Source: a virus. Taken from it: a stretch of DNA of 64,000 bases. Positions 1 to 9,430 of the stretch are shown piece by piece (position 1 is the stretch's first letter; each line of letters opens with the position of its first letter). The notes beneath the pieces are model-generated. The model saw nothing but the letters and a program-made list of their open reading frames with translations, was not told the origin of the DNA and made no database searches. The stretch spans positions 32,001 to 96,000 of IMG/VR virus record IMGVR_UViG_3300012347_000211; one strand, written 5' to 3'. A program made the position numbers and the translations under genes.

Positions 1-1
1 T

Positions 2-3000
2 GTAATCAATGCGATCGTCATTTGCGATTCAAACTATAACGATCTCGACGACTCTGCTTTGAACCCTGCAGGTGGTTATGCTAAGATTGTAGGAAACAAC
101 TTTGAAGCTGGCACCATTGCTTACTTTAACGGCACAGTACTGACAACTACGTTTGTGTCGTCTCGCGAGCTGCGCATCCAGACGCCTGTGATTACAACAG
201 GATCATATAACCTCATGTTGTTCAACTTGAGCAACGGCCAGGGCGCAATCTTCTTGAACCTCAGTGTATCGAACTTCCCAACGATCACCACGTCCGCTAA
301 TACAGTGCTCGACGAAGAGTATGAGACGAAAGCAATCAGCGCGTCTATTGCTGCTACTGGCGACACTCCAATCACATTCAGTATCGTTCCAGGCGAAGGC
401 AGCTTGCCAGAAGGCGTTACTCTATCCGCTAACGGAACACTGTCAGGAATTGCCCCTGTAGTTGGATCCACTACAACGTATTCGTTTGTTGTTCAGGCAA
501 AGGATGCTCAGAAGCAAGACTCCACACGTCAATTCTCATTGACCGTTAAGACAGACGTCGTCGATTGGGTTTCACCAAACGCCGGGGCAACTGTTAGTGC
601 ATATGAGTACACACCTTTTGCTAACATCGGCCTATCTGCAACGAGCAGAGCAGGATACGGTGTATCATTCTCGTCCAACAATCTTCCAAGTGGTCTGACT
701 GTAACAGGAAACACTATTGTAGGTACGTCCAATACAGCTGGGTCAACGAACGTATCAATCGTAGCTACATCGAGCAACACAAACAAGACCGCAACACGTA
801 ATATCAATGTAGTTGTCAATCCAGACGTCGTGTCATGGAGTTCTCCAGCGAATAACGCTGTGATCAGTGCGTATGAATACACTGCGTTCTCCCCAACATC
901 GCTGAGCGCTACCAGCGCTGCAGGATTTGATGTCACATACGATGTTGATCAGCTACCTGCTGGATTGTCTGTGGACGGCGACTTCATTACCGGCACATCG
1001 AACGTTGTTGGCAACACAGCAACCACGCTCACTGCAACTGCTAATACCACAAACAGGAACGCTACTCGCAACGTCCAATTTGTAGTCAATCCCGATGCTG
1101 TTACATTCAGCAGCCCTACTCCAGGATCTGTGTTTACAGCTTATGAATATACGCCATTTGCTAACGTCACTTTATCAGCCACCAGTGCTGCTGGGTTCAA
1201 CGTAAGCTATGATGTAGGAACGCTGCCTGCGGGACTGTCCGTCACAGGGAATACAATTTCCGGAACGTCGAACGTAGCTGGTAATACCACTACAACTATC
1301 ACAGCCACAGCGAACACCACAGGACGAACAGCGACAAGCAACGTTGAATTTGTAGTTGCTGAAGACGTTGTTACTTGGAGTTCGCCTGCCAATGGCGCAA
1401 CAATCAGCACAACAACCAATCAGCCTATATCTAACGTAGCGCTAGTTGCCAACAGTGCAGCAGGGTTCGGGGTTACATACACGGCTAACGGACTACCTAC
1501 AGGAGTCACACTAGCCAATGGCGTAATCTCCGGTACCCCTACCGTGTCTGGCGAGAACCCCAACACAACTCTTGTCGCCACTGCTAGCACTACTGGCAGA
1601 ACTGCGACCAGGTATATCTACTGGACTATTAATATCTCAGGCGATTCGTTCTGGAAAAATGTGGGGTTGTTGCTAGGAGGCACAGATAGCACATCAGCCA
1701 AACCATTCATCCACGACGATAGTGTAAACAACACAACATTAATGGTTGCAGGTGATATAAAACCAAGTAATTTTAGTCCTTACGAAGGCAATGGCTACTA
1801 CAGCGTCAGCCACTCTGGCACACCAGATTATATCAGCGTACCTCATAACTCTAACTTCAGCCTGACGAGCGGCCAGACGGATACGCTCATCGTAGAAGGA
1901 TGGTTCTACTTTAATGCAGTGACTGCACAAACGTCTCTGTTTGACAAGTCGGGAGTATCTGGAACATCGTTTGCTAACTGGACGGTCTTCTTGAATGCAA
2001 GCAAACAAGTTACTTTACAGTGGGGTGTATCAGGTAGCCCAGGAACGAGCACCGTCGGACTGCTCAATTCCACAACCGTTCCGGTTGTCGGAAAGTGGTA
2101 TCATATTGCGTTTGTAAAATCGAATGCGGATTGGGCAGTGTTTGTTGACGGCACAAGAGTCATTACTTACAACGGACTGAATACAGCTGGGGATGCAAAC
2201 CCATCTGCACTGAGAATCGGATATGGTATCCAAGGTGGATCCAATGGCGCACACTTCAACGGTCATATCTCCAATGTCCGTGCATGGAGAGGAACAAGCG
2301 GCGCTCCATATTCCGCAACATCGGCGACACTAGCTGTACCAACTAGTCCATTGACTGCGATTGCAGGCACAATTTTGCTTTCACACCAGAGCGCAAGATT
2401 GGTGGATGTGTCCAGTGCGCCTGCAACACTGACATTGACCGGCGCAAACCTCAAGGTTTCACAAGCAATACCATTCACAAGTAACCCATCAACGTCCACA
2501 CTAGGCTCAGCATATTTCGATGGTAGTGGGGATTATCTAAGTGTACCCAGCTCTTCTTCTCCTGCATTTGGTACTGGGGATTTTACAGTGCAATTTTGGG
2601 TGTATCCAACTGTAAATGCAAGGCAAGATTGGTTCGACTGTAACACCAATTCGCCTAGATTATTGATTTATTACAATGGTACTAACATTGTATACTATTC
2701 CACTTCCAATAGAATAACAGGCGGTGCAATGGTTTTAAATACCTGGCAACATATTGCTCTTTCGAGAGCATCAGGCTCCACTAGACTGTTTATTAATGGC
2801 CAACAGACCGGTAATACTTTTCCAGATACTATAAATTATACATCTTCCGAGATTGTGTTGGGTAAAGACTCCGCCGGTTCGACTCACATCACTGGGTTCA
2901 TGTCTGATGTGCATGTGGTTAAAGGTACAGCCCTATACACTGCAGGGTTCCCAGTGCCAACGAGCCCATTAACAGCAGTATCAAACACAAGTCTGCTAAC

Positions 3001-4957
3001 ATTACAATACAACGGCGGCGCGACCAATAATGGTTTTGTGGATCAGAGCGGGTTCAACAATATCATTACTAGAAATGGTAACCCTACACAAGGTACGTTT
3101 AGTCCATATAGCCAAACTGGATGGAGTAATTATTATCCTGCGCTGGCGCACAGCACATACGCAGCAAACCCAATAACGAGTTTTGGCACTGGCGCGACTT
3201 TCACAGTAGAAGGTTGGGTGAACATGGCCGTATATCCAGCAACTAACTATCACTTCAGTCTACTAGCAAGTTGCGACCAAGGTACTGCGACATATTGGGC
3301 AATTGGCATCGGATCGACCGGACTCGCAACAGTGTACTGGTATGACGGCAACGCCAAACAATGTACAGGATCAACAACGCTGGTCCGAGGAGAGTGGTAT
3401 CATGTTGCTGTGGTAGTAACATCCGGAGTCGTTAAAATATTCGTCAATGGTAATGTAGAGACACTGAGTGGTACTACGACACTCACTAACCCGACTGGTA
3501 ACGCATCATATACGACTGGAACTGAACGTGGCGCCAGCAACGGTGGTTCTGCTGGCCACATCTCGAATCTGAGAATGTGTACTGCTGCAGCTTATAGCGT
3601 TGCATTTACGCCAAGTACATCTCCACTAACATCGCTGATCAATGGTTCTATCAACTCAACATTGTTAACCGCACAGAGTAACAGATTTGTCGATAACTCG
3701 AATAGCGCACGCACCATAACCTTAGGATCTACAAGACCAACTGTTCAGGCATATAGTCCATTCGGCGGTATAGGATACGATTTGAGTGTGAATGGAGGTT
3801 CGGTGTACTTCGACGGTACGGGAGATTATCTAAGTACCGCAACCGGACTGACCCACACCGACCTAACACAAGGCGACTTCACAATTGAGGCTTGGGTATA
3901 CAACATGGGCGCTGGCGCAGAGCGTTACATATACAGCCAACGTGGTGCAAGTTCCGGCTGGGAAATGCGTATCAACTCTACTAATACCTTATCGTTCTTC
4001 TATGTGACTGGTACGACTTTCACGAGTGCCAAAACAATTCCTCCTAACGCATGGACGCACGTCGCTGCGGTTAGAATTGGAACAGCATTGTCGATGTATA
4101 TTAATGGCGAGAAAGATAACACAGGATCGGGTACTATATCGAACGGCACAGTTGCGTCGGGATCCTATGGCGTTTGGCTGGGTAACAGTACATCAGCAGG
4201 TGGTGGGCTAATGCTAGGACACATCGCCGATGCTCGCTTGATCAAAGGTACCGGAATATACACATCGAACTTCCCACCACCTACATCTGCACTTTCCGCA
4301 GTCCCAGGAACAACGTATCTGGTGAACGGCACCAGTGGTGGTATCATTGACTATCACGGCAGCAACAACTTAGAAACGGTAGGCAACACACAACTCAGCT
4401 CGAGAAGTCCATATTCAGGTGCATCAGCAGGAAAGAGTTTGTATTTTGATGGTACTGGTGATAGTTTGAAAATAATTGATAATCCAATCATAAATTTTGG
4501 CTCAGGTGATTTTACAATAGAGTGCTGGGTTTATTTTAATGTGGTAAATGCACAGATGACTATTATCAATAAGGGTTGGAATAGTTCATCACCATATGCA
4601 TCATATTTGATTTGGATGACTAGTGCTGGCTCGTTGAACTTCTTAGCAAGTTCTAACGGCAGCGCTTGGAATATTGCTAATGAAAGAGTAATAGGTACGA
4701 TGACCGCCGGTGTTTGGACACACATTGCAGTGACTAGAACCGGAACAACATTCAGAGCATTTGTCAATGGAGTAATTAATGATGCATTTACATTTACTTC
4801 TTCGGCATCTTTGGCCAATATACCAGCACAAACTTTGTTTATAGGTGACAGGACAAATGGTGATACTAGTATGAATGGATATATCAAAGACCTAAGAATC
4901 ACTAAAGGCGTTGCAAGGACAATTACAGTACCCAATGCGCCACTTCCATTGAAGTAA
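2..4957 (+). CDS. Large virion/adhesin-like protein: IPT/TIG-like domain, putative Ig (He_PIG-like) repeats, then multiple LamG/ConA-like domains; 5' end probably outside the window
   Basis: Frame is open from position 2, upstream of the listed TTG at 59. Repeated 'LP.GLSV.GNTI.GTSN..G' Ig-like units and LamG motifs 'YFDG.GDY...GDFT.E.WVY...W.H.A..R'. Confidence 0.75.
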   Translation, partial: VINAIVICDSNYNDLDDSALNPAGGYAKIVGNNFEAGTIAYFNGTVLTTTFVSSRELRIQTPVITTGSYNLMLFNLSNGQGAIFLNLSVSNFPTITTSANTVLDEEYETKAISASIAATGDTPITFSIVPGEGSLPEGVTLSANGTLSGIAPVVGSTTTYSFVVQAKDAQKQDSTRQFSLTVKTDVVDWVSPNAGATVSAYEYTPFANIGLSATSRAGYGVSFSSNNLPSGLTVTGNTIVGTSNTAGSTNVSIVATSSNTNKTATRNINVVVNPDVVSWSSPANNAVISAYEYTAFSPTSLSATSAAGFDVTYDVDQLPAGLSVDGDFITGTSNVVGNTATTLTATANTTNRNATRNVQFVVNPDAVTFSSPTPGSVFTAYEYTPFANVTLSATSAAGFNVSYDVGTLPAGLSVTGNTISGTSNVAGNTTTTITATANTTGRTATSNVEFVVAEDVVTWSSPANGATISTTTNQPISNVALVANSAAGFGVTYTANGLPTGVTLANGVISGTPTVSGENPNTTLVATASTTGRTATRYIYWTINISGDSFWKNVGLLLGGTDSTSAKPFIHDDSVNNTTLMVAGDIKPSNFSPYEGNGYYSVSHSGTPDYISVPHNSNFSLTSGQTDTLIVEGWFYFNAVTAQTSLFDKSGVSGTSFANWTVFLNASKQVTLQWGVSGSPGTSTVGLLNSTTVPVVGKWYHIAFVKSNADWAVFVDGTRVITYNGLNTAGDANPSALRIGYGIQGGSNGAHFNGHISNVRAWRGTSGAPYSATSATLAVPTSPLTAIAGTILLSHQSARLVDVSSAPATLTLTGANLKVSQAIPFTSNPSTSTLGSAYFDGSGDYLSVPSSSSPAFGTGDFTVQFWVYPTVNARQDWFDCNTNSPRLLIYYNGTNIVYYSTSNRITGGAMVLNTWQHIALSRASGSTRLFINGQQTGNTFPDTINYTSSEIVLGKDSAGSTHITGFMSDVHVVKGTALYTAGFPVPTSPLTAVSNTSLLTLQYNGGATNNGFVDQSGFNNIITRNGNPTQGTFSPYSQTGWSNYYPALAHSTYAANPITSFGTGATFTVEGWVNMAVYPATNYHFSLLASCDQGTATYWAIGIGSTGLATVYWYDGNAKQCTGSTTLVRGEWYHVAVVVTSGVVKIFVNGNVETLSGTTTLTNPTGNASYTTGTERGASNGGSAGHISNLRMCTAAAYSVAFTPSTSPLTSLINGSINSTLLTAQSNRFVDNSNSARTITLGSTRPTVQAYSPFGGIGYDLSVNGGSVYFDGTGDYLSTATGLTHTDLTQGDFTIEAWVYNMGAGAERYIYSQRGASSGWEMRINSTNTLSFFYVTGTTFTSAKTIPPNAWTHVAAVRIGTALSMYINGEKDNTGSGTISNGTVASGSYGVWLGNSTSAGGGLMLGHIADARLIKGTGIYTSNFPPPTSALSAVPGTTYLVNGTSGGIIDYHGSNNLETVGNTQLSSRSPYSGASAGKSLYFDGTGDSLKIIDNPIINFGSGDFTIECWVYFNVVNAQMTIINKGWNSSSPYASYLIWMTSAGSLNFLASSNGSAWNIANERVIGTMTAGVWTHIAVTRTGTTFRAFVNGVINDAFTFTSSASLANIPAQTLFIGDRTNGDTSMNGYIKDLRITKGVARTITVPNAPLPLK

Positions 4958-4986
4958 AAAAAAAGGGGGCCTAGGCCCCCTTTATT
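4956..4986. terminator. Bidirectional rho-independent terminator between convergent genes
   Basis: A-run, GGGGGCCTAGGCCCCC inverted repeat, then TTTATT; lies between the + strand gene stop (4957) and the - strand gene stop (4998). Confidence 0.85.
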
Positions 4987-4997
4987 CGTTCCGGCTA

Positions 4998-5510
4998 TTA
5001 TCTCGATCCATACCTACCCTCGTTTCGAAGAATTGTACCGAGCATCATCAGAGTGTTCTGAACATCCTTATGATGAATTGCGTGACCGCCAGCCGCAATA
5101 AATGACTGTATCACGTCATACGTATCATCGATCAGGATAGTTTCTGGTGAGGCAAAACCAGCCTTCAGCTTACGACCAGCAACGATGTTTGCTTTGTATG
5201 GAAGGTCCTTCTTACGCAACCATTCCATCTTCTGCGACGTTACCATATCGTGGAAGTCAGATCCGCCAGATGAAGACAGGATCTCGATCTTGTAGTACCC
5301 ATCAAGAGTAGCCATTGTGTCGATCAGCTTCTGAGCCTCTGGCCACAAATCAAGATCAGCAAAGTTACGACCCTCAACGAAGTTCTTCCAGTTTGAGCGG
5401 AAGTCTCTGCGGTCACGCATTGATCCTGGCAGCACGCCATACAGTTCAAAATAACGGCGATCGAAGTTTGTCAATACGCCGTCCATATCAAAATAAATTG
5501 TCTTAATCAT
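4998..5510 (-). CDS. HAD-superfamily 5'(3')-deoxyribonucleotidase-like phosphatase
   Basis: Motif I 'IYFDMDGVL', 'ILSS', motif IV 'ILIDD'. Start moved to ATG 5510 (MIKTIYF), overlapping the upstream stop. Confidence 0.8.
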   Translation of the reverse strand: MIKTIYFDMDGVLTNFDRRYFELYGVLPGSMRDRRDFRSNWKNFVEGRNFADLDLWPEAQKLIDTMATLDGYYKIEILSSSGGSDFHDMVTSQKMEWLRKKDLPYKANIVAGRKLKAGFASPETILIDDTYDVIQSFIAAGGHAIHHKDVQNTLMMLGTILRNEGRYGSR

Positions 5511-5946
5511 TTCCAAAAGGCCATTTCTTGGACGTAGCGATCGGCTGCTCCTCTTCAGGCTCAGACGAATCATCATCGTCTAGTTGTTCAATTTCAAGCG
5601 GTCCGGCGAATACAATTTCTGTATCTGTATGCTGCCAACCAATGGCGCCTAGACCCTCATACCAATCATCTTCCCATTGCTGTAAGAAGAGACCGATCTC
5701 ATCCTCTGAAAGAGAGCCGAAGTCCCACTCTTCCCAGCAACTATCCTCATAGCACTGATCTTCAATATCGAAGTCAGTGACGACCAGACTATCGTTTTTC
5801 TCGGGCTCCTCAATTTCAGGATCCTCACCAACAACGACCCAGCCCCAACGGAAGCTCGTTGTATGAGTGATTGTATTGCCATCTTTTGAGAAGGTTTCAG
5901 TCTCGCGGACATTCTTCTTCTCGTTCGTTGAAATTTTCCAGCTCAT
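5503..5946 (-). CDS. Acidic hypothetical protein
   Basis: ORF tightly packed between neighbours, D/E/W-rich. Start ATG 5946 or 5955. Confidence 0.65.
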   Translation of the reverse strand: MSWKISTNEKKNVRETETFSKDGNTITHTTSFRWGWVVVGEDPEIEEPEKNDSLVVTDFDIEDQCYEDSCWEEWDFGSLSEDEIGLFLQQWEDDWYEGLGAIGWQHTDTEIVFAGPLEIEQLDDDDSSEPEEEQPIATSKKWPFGND

Positions 5947-5947
5947 A

Positions 5948-6868
5948 TTAGACATCCATAAACTTTAATTCAAACTTGTCTGCACGGTCTTCGTATTGAA
6001 TGTATCCACGCGGATTACACACCACTCGGCATGAACCAATCACATAGTCGTATACGTCGTGTGTATGGCCGTGTGTCCACAGTTTAATCTGTGGGTGGTC
6101 GAGCATAAACTCAGACAGATCTGAACTGTATGCACCATTGACGATTACATCTCGTTCATATTGTGGTTTCGTTGACAGCTTGCTTGGAGCATGGTGTCCA
6201 ACAACAACGAACTTATTGAACGGATTGGTTGCAATGGTGGATTCCAGGAACGCCATCATCTTCTTGTGATCTTCCACCGACTTCTCTGGTGAGAACTTGG
6301 CAGGACGAGTCTTGAATTCAACATACACTCGGTCTTCTGGTGGAAGAGCGATCCATTCTTCATCAGTCATGCCGACAGTTTTCATTCTGTCGTGGTACAC
6401 TCTGTAGTTCACAACCTCAGATGTGTCTTCAATGATTTTGTAGTCATTCATGTAACCCTTGATCCCATGGATCGTGACGGGGTCTTCTTTGTTCATGTTG
6501 GTCCACAACGTACCACCAACAAATGTAACGTCTTGCAGCTGGATCACTTCCTTGTCGAGGATGTGCAGGTTCTTCAAGTACCCGAGCTTTTCCTTCATGC
6601 GAGGGATCGTCTTCGTGTAGTCGCCATGATAGTGTTCATGGTTGCCAGCAATGTAGATCACATGAGGAAAGCGTGCACTACACTCTTGGAAGAATGTGTG
6701 GTACATGTCGCTACGCTTATGTGAGACAACACCGTACAGATCACGATCCATCAAATCATTAACGACACAGATGTCGCCCGACAAGATCAACACGTCAGCG
6801 TTCTCTGTATTCTCCAGCGAGATTGTTCCGAACTCTAAGTGAAGGTCCGAACATAGTGCAATTTTCAT
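5948..6868 (-). CDS. Calcineurin-like metallophosphoesterase
   Basis: Motifs 'SDLHLE', 'LSGDI', 'AGNHEH', 'GHHAP', 'HGHTH', 'NPRGY'. Confidence 0.9.
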   Translation of the reverse strand: MKIALCSDLHLEFGTISLENTENADVLILSGDICVVNDLMDRDLYGVVSHKRSDMYHTFFQECSARFPHVIYIAGNHEHYHGDYTKTIPRMKEKLGYLKNLHILDKEVIQLQDVTFVGGTLWTNMNKEDPVTIHGIKGYMNDYKIIEDTSEVVNYRVYHDRMKTVGMTDEEWIALPPEDRVYVEFKTRPAKFSPEKSVEDHKKMMAFLESTIATNPFNKFVVVGHHAPSKLSTKPQYERDVIVNGAYSSDLSEFMLDHPQIKLWTHGHTHDVYDYVIGSCRVVCNPRGYIQYEDRADKFELKFMDV

Positions 6869-7002
6869 TTCACGCTCCAGTTATTCCAAATGTACTTGAT
6901 CTGCCACCACGCCATGCGTGTGAATTGATAGATTGGCGCTCCGAAGAAGCCAATAGCAACGCCGATTATAAAGTATTCCAAACCAATAGTAAACTCATGC
7001 AT
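6865..7002 (-). CDS. Small (45 aa) predicted membrane protein, not in the ORF track
   Basis: Hand translation MHEFTIGLEYFIIGVAIGFFGAPIYQFTRMAWWQIKYIWNNWSVK. Fills the gap exactly; its TGA overlaps the next ATG (ATGA). Confidence 0.6.
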   Translation of the reverse strand: MHEFTIGLEYFIIGVAIGFFGAPIYQFTRMAWWQIKYIWNNWSVK

Positions 7003-7003
7003 A

Positions 7004-7585
7004 TCAATATTTCTTTCTCTTATAATTTTTAGCCAGCATCATATCATGGGTGGACTCTGGCGAACGTCCTGAATAGTATCCAGCAGGTGGCTTAATTCCT
7101 GCAGGCAGAAGCACCTCGTCTCCAGTGTATGGATCATGGTGCCATTTGTGGTTTAGTTTTGACTGAATCCCTTTGCGGGCCATTGCAGTCTGCAAGTTGG
7201 CGATGATCGATCGCTTCTTGCCCTTGTTGTTTGACGGCTTGCGTCTCTTTGCTGCAGCCATCTTTGCACGAGTCTCTTCGGACAGCTTGCGGCCACTTAA
7301 TGTGTTGGATGTTCGCTGATGACTCAGCTTGCGTGCATCTTCGGACAGTATATGAATCCCGAACGGCTTATGTGGTTCAGGGACAGGTTCCGTTTCATCT
7401 ACAACAGACGTGACGTTGTATTGTTTGAGTGCTCGCTCGAACTGTTTGCTCTGTAACGCCTCTCGAGCAGAGTACGATGCAATCAGTTCCATATCCTGCG
7501 AACGTAGGTTGTGCTTCTTGCGGAAAGCGACGTCGCTTTCTTCAGATATATGAGCGACACCCTTTACAACAAACACACGGAACAT
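7004..7585 (-). CDS. NUMOD3-motif DNA-binding protein, homing-endonuclease-like (nuclease domain degenerate or absent)
   Basis: 'GRKLSEETRAKMAAAKR...NKGKKRS' NUMOD3-like motif and C-terminal 'KWHHD...P.GY..GR'. No intact GIY-YIG or HNH motif seen. Confidence 0.6.
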   Translation of the reverse strand: MFRVFVVKGVAHISEESDVAFRKKHNLRSQDMELIASYSAREALQSKQFERALKQYNVTSVVDETEPVPEPHKPFGIHILSEDARKLSHQRTSNTLSGRKLSEETRAKMAAAKRRKPSNNKGKKRSIIANLQTAMARKGIQSKLNHKWHHDPYTGDEVLLPAGIKPPAGYYSGRSPESTHDMMLAKNYKRKKY

Positions 7586-7586
7586 A

Positions 7587-7742
7587 TTACTCCGTCAGCA
7601 TTAACTCGAAGTCATCGAGCAAATCATAATCTGTTGATTGCTGGATCTCGAGAAAGTAATCTCGCATTTCGTCTTCGGTTGGATTGGTCGCTCTAAAGTT
7701 ATGGATCAATCGCTCAATAATAATTTCACGTATCGTTTTCAT
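7587..7742 (-). CDS. Small (51 aa) hypothetical protein, not in the ORF track
   Basis: Hand translation MKTIREIIIERLIHNFRATNPTEDEMRDYFLEIQQSTDYDLLDDFELMLTE. ATGA overlap with the upstream gene; fills the gap. Confidence 0.65.
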   Translation of the reverse strand: MKTIREIIIERLIHNFRATNPTEDEMRDYFLEIQQSTDYDLLDDFELMLTE

Positions 7743-7954
7743 TTTGCCATTATATGTTTGAGTAGGATTTTAGACTCTTTCATTTGCGGATATCTGTCGA
7801 GCACTTGTTCGATCAGATCATAAGACTTACAGATAAAAATCGCACGAATGTACATCATCTCGTGCGGTTCAAGAGAATCGAACAGAGATAGATCTGCGGC
7901 GTACGCCTCAAGAGGCATACCATAAATTTCGTGTGGTAGTTCATCCATACGCAT
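7739..7954 (-). CDS. Hypothetical protein
   Basis: 71-aa ORF packed in the minus-strand operon. Confidence 0.55.
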   Translation of the reverse strand: MRMDELPHEIYGMPLEAYAADLSLFDSLEPHEMMYIRAIFICKSYDLIEQVLDRYPQMKESKILLKHIMAK

Positions 7955-7956
7955 AT

Positions 7957-8457
7957 TTATTGGCCCACATCTATCCCTAATTCTTCACACACAATGATGG
8001 CTAGGATATCTTGGCGTTCATATGCTTCGATCTCCCACGGTTGTTTCAGGTAGCTGTTGAGTGTCTTGCCTTTATTAGCAATCAACTCACCATCCCACTG
8101 ATGCAACCAATTCTTTTTCTTCTTCTCATACACTGCCTGCAGACGACCTTGGTAGTATTGCTCAGCGTGTACCATCTCGTGTGCTAATGTTCCCAACAAT
8201 GGAAACACACAACGACGAGGGTCGATAATTGCCATCTCCTCGTCGCTATCGTATAGTCCGGCAATCGACTTGGCCCGGATAGGCTTCATCATCACACGAA
8301 AGCTAAGCGGAACGTCTAGCTCTTTTCTCAAGATCGGTACAGCAGATGCTAACAACCTTGCCATCTTATCAAAATCATAGACCTGATAAGCCTTGTTGTA
8401 AAACAAGTAATCTGGAGCTAAGACGTCCATGCCATAAAGGCGGTGACGTGCTCGCAT
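7957..8457 (-). CDS. HEXXH zinc-metallopeptidase-like protein
   Basis: 'TLAHEMVHAEQY' and 'PWEIEAY' zincin-type motifs. Confidence 0.75.
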   Translation of the reverse strand: MRARHRLYGMDVLAPDYLFYNKAYQVYDFDKMARLLASAVPILRKELDVPLSFRVMMKPIRAKSIAGLYDSDEEMAIIDPRRCVFPLLGTLAHEMVHAEQYYQGRLQAVYEKKKKNWLHQWDGELIANKGKTLNSYLKQPWEIEAYERQDILAIIVCEELGIDVGQ

Positions 8458-8654
8458 TACTTAGTGAATACGCGCTTGGTGTAGTAGTAGCTGTTCGGGT
8501 ATGTCAGGCCGAGCTGCTCTTGCAACGCCTTCAACACTTCAGTCTCCGTCTTGTTCGCACTACGCATTGTAGTGATCAAATCCAAAGCACGTTGCTTCTT
8601 TGTGTTGTCACGCTTCTTGACAGCTTTGACTTCTGGAGTTGCGATGGTATCCAT
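8457..8654 (-). CDS. Small basic hypothetical protein, first gene after a sigma70-type promoter
   Basis: ATG 8654 preceded by AGGAAA; TAATG overlap with the next gene. Confidence 0.65.
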   Translation of the reverse strand: MDTIATPEVKAVKKRDNTKKQRALDLITTMRSANKTETEVLKALQEQLGLTYPNSYYYTKRVFTK

Positions 8655-8703
8655 AATAAATTTCCTAATGTTTAACAATTAAAAATGGTTATACTGTGAT
8701 ATG

Positions 8704-8732
8704 AGTATAACCGATCAAGATTAGCTAGTCAA
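8704..8732 (-). promoter_or_regulatory. Sigma70-type early promoter TTGACT-N17-TATACT
   Basis: Minus strand TTGACTagctaatcttgatcggtTATACT. Confidence 0.75.
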
Positions 8733-9430
8733 CGGACTGTTACTTGGCCAATCACAGCATCAGGTTTAGCCAATGCCTCATCACGACGACGTTTGTAATC
8801 TTCGTTATCGACGTTCATCAAGCTGATCGTGTCGCCGCTTTTGGCGGAAGGCTCTGGCTTGATGGTTTCACCTTTCAGTTCGCTCTCAAACTTATCGAGG
8901 CGGCGATCTGTAGTCATGCGGCGCTTAGCAGCTTCTTGAGCTTGCAGCAAGTTGTTGTCGTATGCATAACGAACCAGCACGTATGCTCGGAACTTGTTGC
9001 CTTCACGGTATACCTCTGACTTCACTCGAGTGACGCCCACGAGGTTGACGTTCTTCGATGTAGCGATTGTCAGTCGTTCGAACTGCTTGTTGCCTGTGTC
9101 CGACTTGGCATAGTTCGTTTCGGTAGCAGACTCACGAACCTTTTGATTGATATCGTTGTTGACCTTGAACGCGATCTCACGTTTGGCGGAGAATGCTGCT
9201 TTGTCTAAAGCAAGCTGAAGGTCTGTTGAGGACTCAGTAGCAGCTGCGTACATTGCATTTTCCTCGGAAGGAATATCAACATACCATGCAGGGAACTCTA
9301 CTTTGTCTTGTCGAGCTACCTCTGCTGTTGCAGTACCGGTTGCTACCTTCGGCAACTCCGTCTTGCCGACACGAGTTGTACTGCAAGCGGTCAGGGCCAA
9401 TGCAGCAATCAAAATCAATACGCGTTTCAT
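8729..9430 (-). CDS. LPP20-like lipoprotein
   Basis: Signal peptide and lipobox 'MKRVLILIAALALTAC'; 'P.WY...MYAAA...LQLALDKA...AKREIA' pattern. Confidence 0.7.
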   Translation of the reverse strand: MKRVLILIAALALTACSTTRVGKTELPKVATGTATAEVARQDKVEFPAWYVDIPSEENAMYAAATESSTDLQLALDKAAFSAKREIAFKVNNDINQKVRESATETNYAKSDTGNKQFERLTIATSKNVNLVGVTRVKSEVYREGNKFRAYVLVRYAYDNNLLQAQEAAKRRMTTDRRLDKFESELKGETIKPEPSAKSGDTISLMNVDNEDYKRRRDEALAKPDAVIGQVTVR

